A stretch of DNA of 64,000 bases from Balanoglossus misakiensis (lineage: Eukaryota > Animalia > Hemichordata). The position numbers and the translations under genes were made by a program. Below, in pieces: positions 50,425-61,783 of this stretch (positions are counted from its first letter, which is position 1; each line of letters opens with the position of its first letter). The notes beneath the pieces were generated by a model that saw nothing but the letters and a program-made list of their open reading frames with translations, was not told the origin of the DNA and ran no database searches. The stretch covers positions 2,170,001 through 2,234,000 of the forward strand of contig CM082592.2 in NCBI GenBank assembly GCA_040954595.2, written 5' to 3'.

Positions 50425-51158
50425 CCATCCATTCCATCCCATCCCATCCATCCATCTATCCATACATACATACATGCATGTGTACGCACGCACGCACACA
50501 CACATGCACGCACGCACGCACATACATACATCCATCCATCCATCGATACATACATACATACATACATCCATCCATCGATACATCCATACATACATACATA
50601 CATCCATCCATCCATACATACATACAAACATACATACATACATACCAGGGCTTGCGTTTGATATTTAATTTTTTACATGCAGTGCACGCAAAGAGCCAAA
50701 AAAAATTGCGTGAAATTGTATTTGAATTACGTGCAACAAAATAGCGATAGACAAAGCAGGCTTTCAGATAATGAGTTCTCCCTTCATGTCTAGACGGTCC
50801 AACACAAAAAAAAATCTTCAAGGAAAATGACCGGGAAGCCCTACTTACTTTTTTATATCTAATGGTTTCTGCGTGCATAAATTATAGGGCCGACACGTGC
50901 CAAGTTTGTCGCCTAGGTTACCGCACGTACATTACTGTGCGTCCTGCTACAGCATACAAGCGCGCGTATGCCTACATGTGTACAGGGCGCCCAACCGACC
51001 AACCTTGAAAAGGCAGCCCGTATAGCCTCGCCAGATATTATCTTTCAATGGATTTTTTTGCGTGCATGTCACGCAACTGTGACAAAATATTTGCATGCAC
51101 ACATTGTAGTTTTGCGTGAAAACGCAAGAAATAAACGTGAACGCGAGCCCTACATACA

Positions 51159-51191
<33 letters not shown>

Positions 51192-51372
51192 GCATGCAAA
51201 CATACACACACATAAATGCGTAAGTACATACATACATACATACATACGTCCATACATACATACGTCCATACATACATACATTCATACATACATACATGCA
51301 TACATACATACATGCATGCATGCATGATGCATGCATACATACATACATACATACATACATCCATACATGCAT
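50425..51372. repeat. (CATA/CATC)n microsatellite split by a hAT-like MITE (50646-51152)
   Basis: Tetranucleotide runs on both sides of an insert with CAGGGCTTGCGTT...AACGCGAGCCCTA ends. Confidence 0.75.
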
Positions 51373-52682
51373 GATATTGATATTGTATATTTTTCAAGAA
51401 GATATCTGAAACTTCTACCTTCCAAGGTATTAAGAACTCACTGATTTTATTCTGTGTGACTTTTAACAGTTCAATTCTATCATAAATATCACCAAAACTA
51501 CATGCTTATAATGCATGCAGTTCATGTCATGCAAACATGCCCCTTGAAAAATTATTCAAGCACTTTGAGCAGCCATTTTTGTTTTATGTTATTTTTATTC
51601 TATTAGTTTGCCTTTTCACTAATCATATTTATTTTTTTTCTGGTCGAACTGATGGAGTGATTACGGTAAATTCATACATACACACACATACATAGTACAT
51701 ACACACACAAATACATACATACATGTATATACATACATAAATTGCCATAACAGTTTAATGTGCTCATACTTACGAAAACACAACACACCTCTGCTAAAAC
51801 AGCAACTGTGATCAGCAGCCATTGCCAGTTAACCTCATAGAGCTGGAAGGTAAAAATACAACTGATAAGTGATAATGTACCTCTATACCAAATACAGATC
51901 TTACACATATTGAAATTTTGCATAATATTGTAGCACTTTAAAGTGAAGGGGTCAGCGCGCTGCGTTTGTTTGTTGATAGACATTAGAATTCACCTTCAAA
52001 TCCCTGAAATTAAATAATTCCTAGAATGAACGAAGCAGCCAACCATAGCATAGACTGGGCATGACAGCAACTGAAGATCCTGGTTGTGGTGACTACAGTG
52101 AGGTTTGTGCTGGTATATGAAGGGATATATTCTCATCAAGGGGGACACCCACCCGATGACCGCTTCCCTTTAAACATTGTATGAAAGCACACGTCAGAAC
52201 AACCAAAGCTACTTACATTGGGCTTTTGGGGGGGGTTCATCTGGAGGATCTCTTGCCTAGTTCAAATTATACACAAAAAATAGAATTAGCAAATCCTTGA
52301 AACTGAAATGTTGAAAACTGTCAATGTCATGCCATTTCGGTCAATGACACATTTACTGAGCATAGAATGATGGATCAAGGTACATTATAAAACCCAAGAT
52401 AAGCACATTTTTAGGACCACAAATAGTTGATCCAAGTTACAAATGGACTTCAAATTATTACTTTAAAATTTTGTTGATCAAAGTCAGAGTAAATGAAGTC
52501 CAATAACTCGTACCATAATACTTGTGTTATTAGTTTCAGGGGATAAATATATAATTTACTCGAAAATTATAATTATGCAAATTTTCCGACAAAAATACCA
52601 ATATTTCCTTTATGTTGCTTTTACTGTTGATGCTCGTGAGCCTATACAGGTTGTTCAAATTTAAAAACATTGTCATAGCCAA

Positions 52683-52696
52683 CCGCTAGAGGGCGC
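52683..52696 (+). promoter_or_regulatory. CTCF-like motif
   Basis: CCGCTAGAGGGCGC fits the bilaterian CTCF core; motif match only. Confidence 0.35.
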
Positions 52697-54300
52697 TGTT
52701 ATGTATTTGAATGCCCATGAATGGGCAACTCGATCGTGCAGTACACCCATGTCACAGATAGCCTTCTCAGGCACTCATAAATTCATACTACTATACTAGT
52801 ATTAGCTACATCCCCATTTCTCAGAATGTAGCACAAATTCGTTTGCTTCCATCATTGCAGAATCAGATTGAACAATGCTTAAAAACTTGGACAGAAAACA
52901 TCAGTAAGACAACAAATGATTTGTTACATTAAGTCTGTACAATATGGCTACAGTTACATTCATGATTGCCATGGCATAAAGGTTAGAACTATCATGATCA
53001 GTGGTTCCGTTAATGCAAAATCCTGCGCATTTCAAAATGTCTGACCATAATTACACAAAGATATTGAAGGATGCATACACCGCAAGTGCAAATTTGCCAA
53101 TTGTATTCAGCGAGGCTTACAAGATACGAATAATGCAGAAATGCACAGAAATGTTACAATTTTCACTCAGGCAACATGACATTCATAGATCAAACTTTGT
53201 AAATAATGTACCGGTACGGTGGTGTTCTATTCAGGCTTTCAAATGCCTACCCACTTGAGGCAAGATTGTTATATTTATGCAAAGTAAATTCTGAATGCAT
53301 ATTGAAGTATGCAAAGGAAAAATAATCGAACAGAACCTCTGTATCATGTGATTGAACTTGTATGAACATGCAGGATGACAGACATAGGAGGACAGACACT
53401 CACTTATTCATATGCCAACTTTAAAAGCACATAGTCACTTGCGCCATGTGTGAACAAAATGTGTTTGGCTATTTCTGGGTTACAGATATGGAAAGAGAAT
53501 TCAGTTTCAGGTGATCTACAATTGTTGTAAATTACTTACCATGCATCGCAACAAGTCCAATCTTCTCTCTCTAGCACCTAACTGGCGCTGCCTACACCTA
53601 ACTCTCTGTGAATGAAATGGGAAGAATTACTCATCACGGATTATAAAAGACACTTTCAGGAATTGCAGCATGGTGGCAATTATCAAAGTCATTAGTCTAA
53701 ATGCTCAAAGTTTTTATTTTGAAGCAATGATATGGGGGAACAGTACAAAATCATTATGTATATCCCTAACAGTGCCAAGTCAGTATGAACTGGTTTGATT
53801 TCCAAGGTGCCTAGAATCCAGGCTCCCAGGTCTGTTAGACTGCCAAGTGCGTGTTAATCAGTAGGGCCTATACAAGACCCTCAGACCAATACAGTGCAAA
53901 CCAGTGCGATTTGGTACATTTTACAGGGGTGTCTAAGTATGTATGAGAGCCATGTCAAGACAGTCAATTGCAAAATATGTTATATACTAGGTCACATGAT
54001 ATTATGGCCATTAAAAGAATCAATTTTTTACCCCATTTTACTTTAGAAAAATGCTGGCTGATTGCTGGTTGCCATGAGTGTATCACTTGAGAAGACTTTG
54101 CAGTATTGTTCAAGAGAGTGTTGGCAATCTATGGTGTGACAATCCATGACAAAATTACAACTCCTCATTTTGCTATTCTTATTTCTATTCAACATTCCAT
54201 TTCTTAGTTAAAAATTTGATTTCAAAATTCAACATTCCATTTTTCAGTGCAACGATTCGATTTCACAACTTTGACTTACAGATAGTCAGATTGAATCTGG

Positions 54301-54438
54301 CGTCTGCGTATTCACGCATGTAGAATTTCTTCATTCAGAATTAGGATTTTTACATTGTCAGCATAATTGGGATTTTGCATAGTCAGCGACATTCAGAAAT
54401 CTGTTCCAACAGAAATTCTACATGCGTGAATACGCAGA
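54301..54438. repeat. Small inverted-repeat element (~28-bp arms)
   Basis: GTCTGCGTATTCACGCATGTAGAATTTCT / AGAAATTCTACATGCGTGAATACGCAGAC. Confidence 0.7.
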
Positions 54439-57416
54439 CTCCTTGATAAAATTGTCATCAACTTCTCGGTTATCGGTAATATTAAACCCCAAACTAAATA
54501 TATTTGTTTGTGAATTCTAAATTGTATTTCAAAATTAATATACCTTATAGCTCTCTTCGGTTCGCTGGAGCCGGATTGTTCTGAACTTTGCGGAATGGTA
54601 TTCCCACATATCTAAAAAAAATAAATAATGAAATGACATCAAGGATGATAAATAACAAATTTCATTATTTCAAATAAAGTGGAATCATACCACAGGTCTG
54701 TTTCCTCGTTTTCATGTAAGCTTACTTGCAAATTAAATATTGATAACGGTGTCAATATGTCCAGGTCTGAGACAGTAAATTGTACTAGTTTACTGGTTAT
54801 AATGAGGAATTACAGGCCCACCATTATAATCACAACTTGAAGCTGTCTAAGAGAGCGAACATTATTTATTAAGGGCCTGAAGAGGTGTTGGAGGAATTAC
54901 ACCAGGCACATATGCATGCCAAACCAGGCCTGTTGCTGGATTATAACCAAAGATGTAAACGTACCCGCCTTATTGGTCAACACACTGAGAAACATAGAAA
55001 AAATATGAGATGTTTAATGGAGGGCCAATATCAGGGGCATATTTCGCCATAATATTAATCACTGTCTTAGCCCCGTGTAACACCTGGAACACACAGACCT
55101 GTACGCAGGGCTATAACTGCCTATACTACAGAGTTTTACTCACATGCATGCGGATTTTTACCTGGAATTGTGTGTGGTCGGCGTCTAATGTTTCCGTCAA
55201 TACACACATTCTACACTAGTATACTCACAAGGTTAAACCTCGAGCTACGATTCTGCAGCTGCGCTTGGGTTTAGTCGTGTATCACATCATATCGTGGCTG
55301 AAAACTGCATTCTACCTGTCTCATCATTGCTAGGACCATGACTCCTTGATTCAGCTCGACATGACTCAAGTTGAAGACACAATAAATCAATATAAATATT
55401 ACTTCTCAGTTCTGGTCAACGCACCGACACTCGAGTGTCATGGCGATCGAGTGCTTTTGTGACAGGCCAAAGGTCAACCACGTTGAGGGCGTGCTCCGGT
55501 TATAATATTATAATACTGTACTATAATAATTTTCATGTTGAAAATGAACTGCGGACGGGAACGTGGGCCTGCACTGGTCGATACCATATTATTTATGAGA
55601 TTGTCAATGCCGACAACCTAGTTTAACATGTGTGTCTGCAAAATAGTCTGAGTAAGGCTACAAAGTGAAACGAACTGCAGCACACAGTCATTGCAGCATG
55701 TTCAACGCCAGAAAATTAAAATACAAACAGCTGGCAGAAAACTTGGTGTGTTTTCGTTTAGATATTCTAAGAATGGAAAACATATCGCTCGAGGGCACTA
55801 GCTGAGCTCCGTCGTCATTCAGTGTATGTGAAAAATAGCCCTAAAAGTACAGACTGTGACACTATAAAAATAATGGCGGCTGCACAGCGAAAGCCACTAA
55901 TAAATATTTCCAAAGGTGGTTAGCAGAAAAGTGGAGTTCGCTCATTTGTCAATTGTGGCAAATGCTGTAGACACGGAGCAAGTACGCGAGAATACTAATG
56001 CGAGAATATTCGTAAAATTGAAAGTCTTGTCACTTCTCTTTACAAGTTGCTGGCATTTTTTCGATCGCTAATAAATTGCAGGGGGTTAAAACGTGCTTGG
56101 TTTTGAAATTCAAGGCCGTGAGATTAGTCGATCATAATAAAAATAATTAAAGCTGCAAGCAGCGTTGGCGGGGCACAAGCGGTTCCCATGGTAACCAGCA
56201 AATGCCAAGGCTGTATCTGCTGTGGATACCAAGATATGGGAACGTAGGTCAAAGGTCACATGAGGTCACCCCAAATTTGGGGAAAACAGTTTGACACTGT
56301 ACAGGTCCATGTCCACCAAAAACCCAACCTCTAGCTTGTGGTTAGCTTAGAATGAGATATGTGCATAATTAATGAGGTATTGTGTAAGACTCCATTATGT
56401 GCTCAAGTCCCCCAAATGCCAGGGCTTTATTTGTTCTGGTACCCATGTCCACAATAATCAAACATATACCTGCATTTGTTGGTGTAGTATATTAGACATG
56501 TGCATATAATTAAAGCGCTGAAACAATGTGAAAATTGGAGAGCAAATTTTGCTTCTATACTTATTCAGGCTATTCAAATACCAAATTAAATTGTGCCTGT
56601 GTTCATAAACGTTTAAATATGCTTGACAGCCATAAGTGGTATGAACTTTCGCTCGTTCACTCGTACAAATATGTTGGTGTTTTTATTATTAGCTCTTTTG
56701 TTGATGATGATGACATTAAGTGACAAATGCGTCAATTATGTATTTGTGACAACTTTCTTTCAAGAATGGTTGTTCAGTGTGTTACCCCGGTGAATACGAG
56801 ACTATTTCAGTCATTTTGCAGAAATTTATACTGCTGCCAGCTGTGGTCTATCTTTACAGGTACTAACAACAATTTCCGTGCCCAATAAAAATTGTTTCAG
56901 AAGATTGAATGTTTATGCCTGTACATATATAGATTCATTACAGTGCATACACTGGAGAAATATTTTAAACTCATTTCTGTATTGAAAACCTTTTGGACTG
57001 TGCATACATGTATCTGTGTCATGTATATTTTTCTATAACCTGATTCAAATAAATGAAATGAACATCATAAAAGCAGACCTTTTTGGTAGCTTAATCATAA
57101 AATAAGGATGATCATAATAATTGGAATTCAATAAGGTCAGGTTCATAATAATTTTCAGTGCCACATACACAGTGCACAGTCCATAAACTGCCAATTTGCC
57201 CACCCACTGTATATATATAGGCTCCTATACCGCTCAGCGCCACCAACGGAAGAATGGAGAGAAGAGATTTTCATTCACGTTGATCTCATCATTAGATGTT
57301 TGCACCAAAATATAATAAATAAGCAATGATAACGATGGGAAAATTAATTATATGTTGATTGAAACATAACAGTCATCGCAGATGTAACAACGAACTCATT
57401 TATTTGAACGTCTTGG

Positions 57417-57507
57417 GCGGAAGTGACGTACAAAAGGAAGGCAGAATACCAATGTTTGGGGGCGCTATAACAATTACAGCCACACTCTATACTGAACTAC
57501 TGGTGAG
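57417..57507 (+). promoter_or_regulatory. Putative promoter and first non-coding exon of the OTU ORF
   Basis: GCGGAAGTGACGT (ETS + CRE-half motif) followed by donor CTG|GTGAGT at 57502; micro-exon 60831-60856 (TTCTTGCAG|...AAG|GTAAGC); acceptor TTTCAG immediately before ATG 61784. Confidence 0.5.
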
Positions 57508-58424
57508 TATTATTTTGTAAAACCCGTCGTTCGAAAATTAGTTTTTAGATAAGCGATCCCGATGTTTCAAGGCACGAAAGATACATGACACTGTGCGGGA
57601 AGATGTTGGGTCTTGAGTACTTGATGGCCATCGTCGAAGTTTAATTCGATTGTGTGAAATTTTTGACGATTCTTTTCGATCGCTGACACAGCTGCCTACA
57701 AAGTAGGGTTAGGGACTTAGGGTAAAAATAGAATGGCGACCACCACATGCGGTCTGCAGGTGAGTTTGTTTTGGTTCTTTCTTGAAACGTGCAGCTTTTT
57801 GGATGAAATAATACATTACCGAACCCAGCAAAACTGTAAGTATCTGTGCAAATTGTTCGCTATGTAATCGAAGGGAAATCCTAATTCCTATGTGTGTTTG
57901 AAGTTGCAACGTGTTGAACTGGGGTTAAAATGAGATGCGCCATGATATGTACATTTTAAATGAGAACAGCTTAGCGCAGCCATGCCAATTTTCAGAGTGA
58001 AAGGAGGATCAACTCTGCAGCCAATTATTCTCCAGTGTCAACCATGCATGGGCACTGTGGTGGGTAATAGATCATTTTCCCCACAATTATTTGCTTCAGC
58101 AGTTTGAAATATTAATAAACATATTCTCAGTTTTGTACATTTCATATTAGTGTCATTGAGGAAGAAATTGCAGTTAAAACCTTGGGAATATGTTCAAGAA
58201 GCAATGAATTGTAGTTTTAGCTGCGAATAGAATAATTCATTTCTATAGTCTATTAGAGGTATATGCATAGATTGCAAATAGTATTGCTGGGTATTCTTAT
58301 GTTGCATTTAGACTACAATGCTGCACAAGTAGAATGAACCAAAACAAAGTCACCAGGGTGAAGTAAAACAGGTCATTGGCACGACATGAAATTGTTGCTA
58401 TATCAAAAGAAGCAACTGTTACGT

Positions 58425-59278
58425 CACGGTTACTAGAAGAAGACGGTTAGGAAACTATTTTTTCTCCATTGTTAGATGCTCGCCTCGGTAAACACTTAGT
58501 GTAAACGAAAGATATCAGGTGCTAACGAGCCTGGCCATACGAATAAACAGACAGAATAACTGACCGCTCGGTCAAAATGACGTCATTACCCCTACAAGCC
58601 AAAGCAAACCATACTCATGTTTACGGAATTGCTTGCACGCACAGTACGTATACCACCAGATTTGAGGAAAACAGAACAGAGAGTGGATAATTTATAAAGT
58701 CACAGCACATTTATGACAATTTTGAACTTTCAAGGACATGATGAAGCCATACATTCTTTGTCTTGACTGTGCCCTAGAGATTCGATGCGAACCAAAACAA
58801 ACAAGATGGCCGCCAAAGGCTATATCGATAATGTTAACGACTGTATCGAAATGGGTATGCAATCTCAACGAAGTATTCCAATTGGAATAAACGAAATAGC
58901 CCATGCAATACAAAAAGGTGTAAAATATCTAAATATATTAAAAAAAAACAGAAATGCGACCATCAGGGTTGAATTCTAGGGGTTCAAAATTCGACGCTAT
59001 TTGAATCTGGATTTTAAGTTAACCACCCAAGAAACAATGGTAGAGTGTCGCAAGCCCAACAGACTATGACCGTGCACTCCATAAGCCTATATGGAACTCG
59101 TACAAAAAAAAGTGGCGCTGTACTCTGACGAAAAAGGGCAGATGAAGGGGTTCAAAAATTAGCTACGTTCCCCAATACAACCCCACATAGCGGTTTGGAC
59201 ATGTACTCTCCTAGCTAACACCTCGTTCACACCTTCCGAACAATAGAGTTTCCTAACCGTCTTCTTCTAGTAACCGTG
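58425..59278 (+). mobile_element. P-like MITE, copy 2 (854 bp)
   Basis: TIR CACGGTTACTAGAAGAAGACGGTTAGGAAACT; 7-bp TSD GTTACGT. Confidence 0.9.
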
Positions 59279-59814
59279 GTTACGTGAGGATTAATTTTTG
59301 CTTGGTTTCATGTCTGTTCGTGTGCCAGTTTAGCTGAGTGTGTGGCACATATGTAAATGTTGATATGTACAGCGTGTACACAGTGTACATAATTGCACCA
59401 TGTGATTGTGTGTGTTTGGACCTTTGCACCTCTCTGATGCCTGTCCGTCTGTGTGCTAGTTCATCAGAGTGTGGATGTGTGTGTGTAGGTATGTCTATGT
59501 ATCATGTGTTTGCATCTTTTTCTGAATCTTTGTCTGCATGTCTTTGTTGATTCATGTATGTCTGGAACTCCTGTCTGTGTGCAAGTTTATCAAAATGGGT
59601 GTACATGTACCCTTAGTTTATGTCTGGGTGTGCACTGTCAGTCGTTCTGGATTGGCTGTGTCGTATATGTACATTGAATGATTTTTGTGTCACTATGCAT
59701 GGTTCGATTGTGTATGCAGAATACAATGTACTTGCATGTATTTTGATATGCAGTATTCAGTCTTTGTATAGGTGTTTTAATGTAAAGTGTGACGATGGGG
59801 AATGGGATCACTTA

Positions 59815-60537
59815 GGGACCGTTCAGTTTTTACGGGGGGGGGGGGGGGGGGTCGGCAAAATCCAGGGGAGTGACTTAAATTTTGAAGTCCAAAGGGGGGT
59901 CATCGTTTTTTTTAAACGTTTAGGGGGGGTCACATACTTTTGCCACCGAACTTTTGCTTTTGAATCCACAAAATTGCAGTTTCACGCCCTCTATTTTACA
60001 ACACCCTCCCACATTAGGGGGACACCAACCCCCTCCATTCTCCCCCACATTGCATTTATTCGCTGATTTGTCTAGTGTACCAGGGCAGACTTCTTCCCAC
60101 CCTACCCCGATGCTTCTTTTGAGTGGAGTGGCAAAATTAAAATTTGTCCTCCCTAACATTAAGTTAATTTGCTTTTGAGTTCATTAAAATGCAACTTTGA
60201 GCACTGTATTTTACCACATTGGGAGGGGGACACCCCCTCCCACGCCCACCCCGCCACTTTTCTTTTTTTACCAATTCTACCAACTATTGTATTGGATTGT
60301 CATTTTAGTTTGTTCATTTAATTTAATTTCTAATTGAGGCGAGAGGAGCCTCATTCCATTTATTGCATACAGTGTACATAGGTTCATGTTTTCGGCATGG
60401 GGGGGGTCATCATATTTTTGGGTCTGTCTTTTGGTCTAATGTTTTTGGTCCTTGGTGAAGGGGGGGTCGGCCTGATTTTGAAAATCAATGACACGAACTT
60501 GCCCCCCCCCCCCTGGCCGTAAAAACTGAACGGTCCC
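59815..60537. mobile_element. PIF/Harbinger-type MITE
   Basis: TTA|GGGACCGTTCAGTTTTTACGG ... CCGTAAAAACTGAACGGTCCC|TTA. Confidence 0.88.
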
Positions 60538-61783
60538 TTATACTGTAAAGATTCTCATGTTATAAGGGTGGTAATTTCAATGACTCCTTTATGATGTTAT
60601 ATCTGGCACTGTCTTCTCTTTTTTGTATGTGTTTGTATGTGTTTGCTTTGATTGTATTGGCGCATATACTGTAGTCTGTTATGTTTAGTGAAGATAAAGA
60701 GGAAATGCCTGATGGAAATGATGAACTGGATTGTATGCAGAAATAATATGCATGTCTTCTGTTGGATTCAGTGGCAAACATGTACAGCTATAACCAGTAA
60801 TGATAATTTATATTATTTGCTTTCTTGCAGTTTTGTATAACCAAAGATATCCCAAGGTAAGCGTGTCTGCCATGTGAAGAGACCTTCAGCATAATGCACT
60901 GCAGTACAGTTCTGCATGTTATTCATTGCAGGTTACTTGTCATAACTCTGCTCTGACACAGAGCTTATCAGATAAGACAATTGTTCATAGGTTGTCTGTC
61001 ATGTGTCAACACAAGTGTTCTGTTTAATTACTAGTGCAAATGTGTTTAAATTTTATATGCATGTTTGGCCTTCGTAGAGTTTGTGGAAATTGTGAAATTT
61101 GGGTATATAGTTAAACCCTCTTAGTATCCAATTGTCCAATTGCCTTGAAATTTACAGTCACTACATGTAAATACAACAAATGCCATAATTTGAGTGGGAA
61201 ATTTTTGCTGAGCTAAATTTCTTTAATCATGTCCTGTGTGAAAAAAAATGTATATAGTTTTGTTTGAGAATGGCACATGCTATCTTACTACTTTGACTTT
61301 ATTCTGTGTGCATGAAGTCAACAGATGTTGGAATAGTTTCTACAGAAATGTCTACTTGTCTTACCCAGATTGCAAACAAATATTTCAAAATGGTAAATGA
61401 GAAGAAATCTATGAATCTCAAACTTGGCACAATTATGTGGGCCTATGTAATTTCATGCATAACACTCTTGAATTTTTAATTACTCACTGTAATTGTCAGC
61501 TTTGATTGGAATTTTCATATGGACCTTATTTATATTAAAATGTGGAATAAAAAATCTGTTGACAGTCCTTGTACACTACATGTAACGGTATATGGTCAGG
61601 ATCCCACATGCCAAATTTCAAGGTTGTGGACCATGTCAACAGGTTTTTCCATGACCTTGACCTATCCTTAGGCATATACCTCTACAGTGAAGCTATGACC
61701 AGATTTTATTCTGGCATTCTGGTCTGTACAATACATTAAAATGGACATTAAAATGTTAACAGTTATGTATTTATTGATTTCAG

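Larger units (their letters stand above)
43735..55441 (-). pseudogene. Multi-exon coiled-coil protein gene, probably decayed; candidate exons 55441-55403, 55297-55229, 53605-53540, 50221-50027, 48390-48259, 43777-43735
   Basis: Polypyrimidine-AG and GT(A/G)RG-like boundaries on the minus strand. The last exons join in phase to give IEQNEAMLMDFTKLAQTFETLQQETSWDNLQHEK...WWRNAAERHEKLDAGLQDGEH*. Needs a 1-nt frameshift near 50105; stops occur in the two 5' exons (may be UTR). Family not recognised. Confidence 0.55.

Noticed and set aside
50302-51397. Many MYVC/HTYI-rich ORFs (also ~10750-11090, ~27870-28130)
   Set aside because: Microsatellite artefacts.
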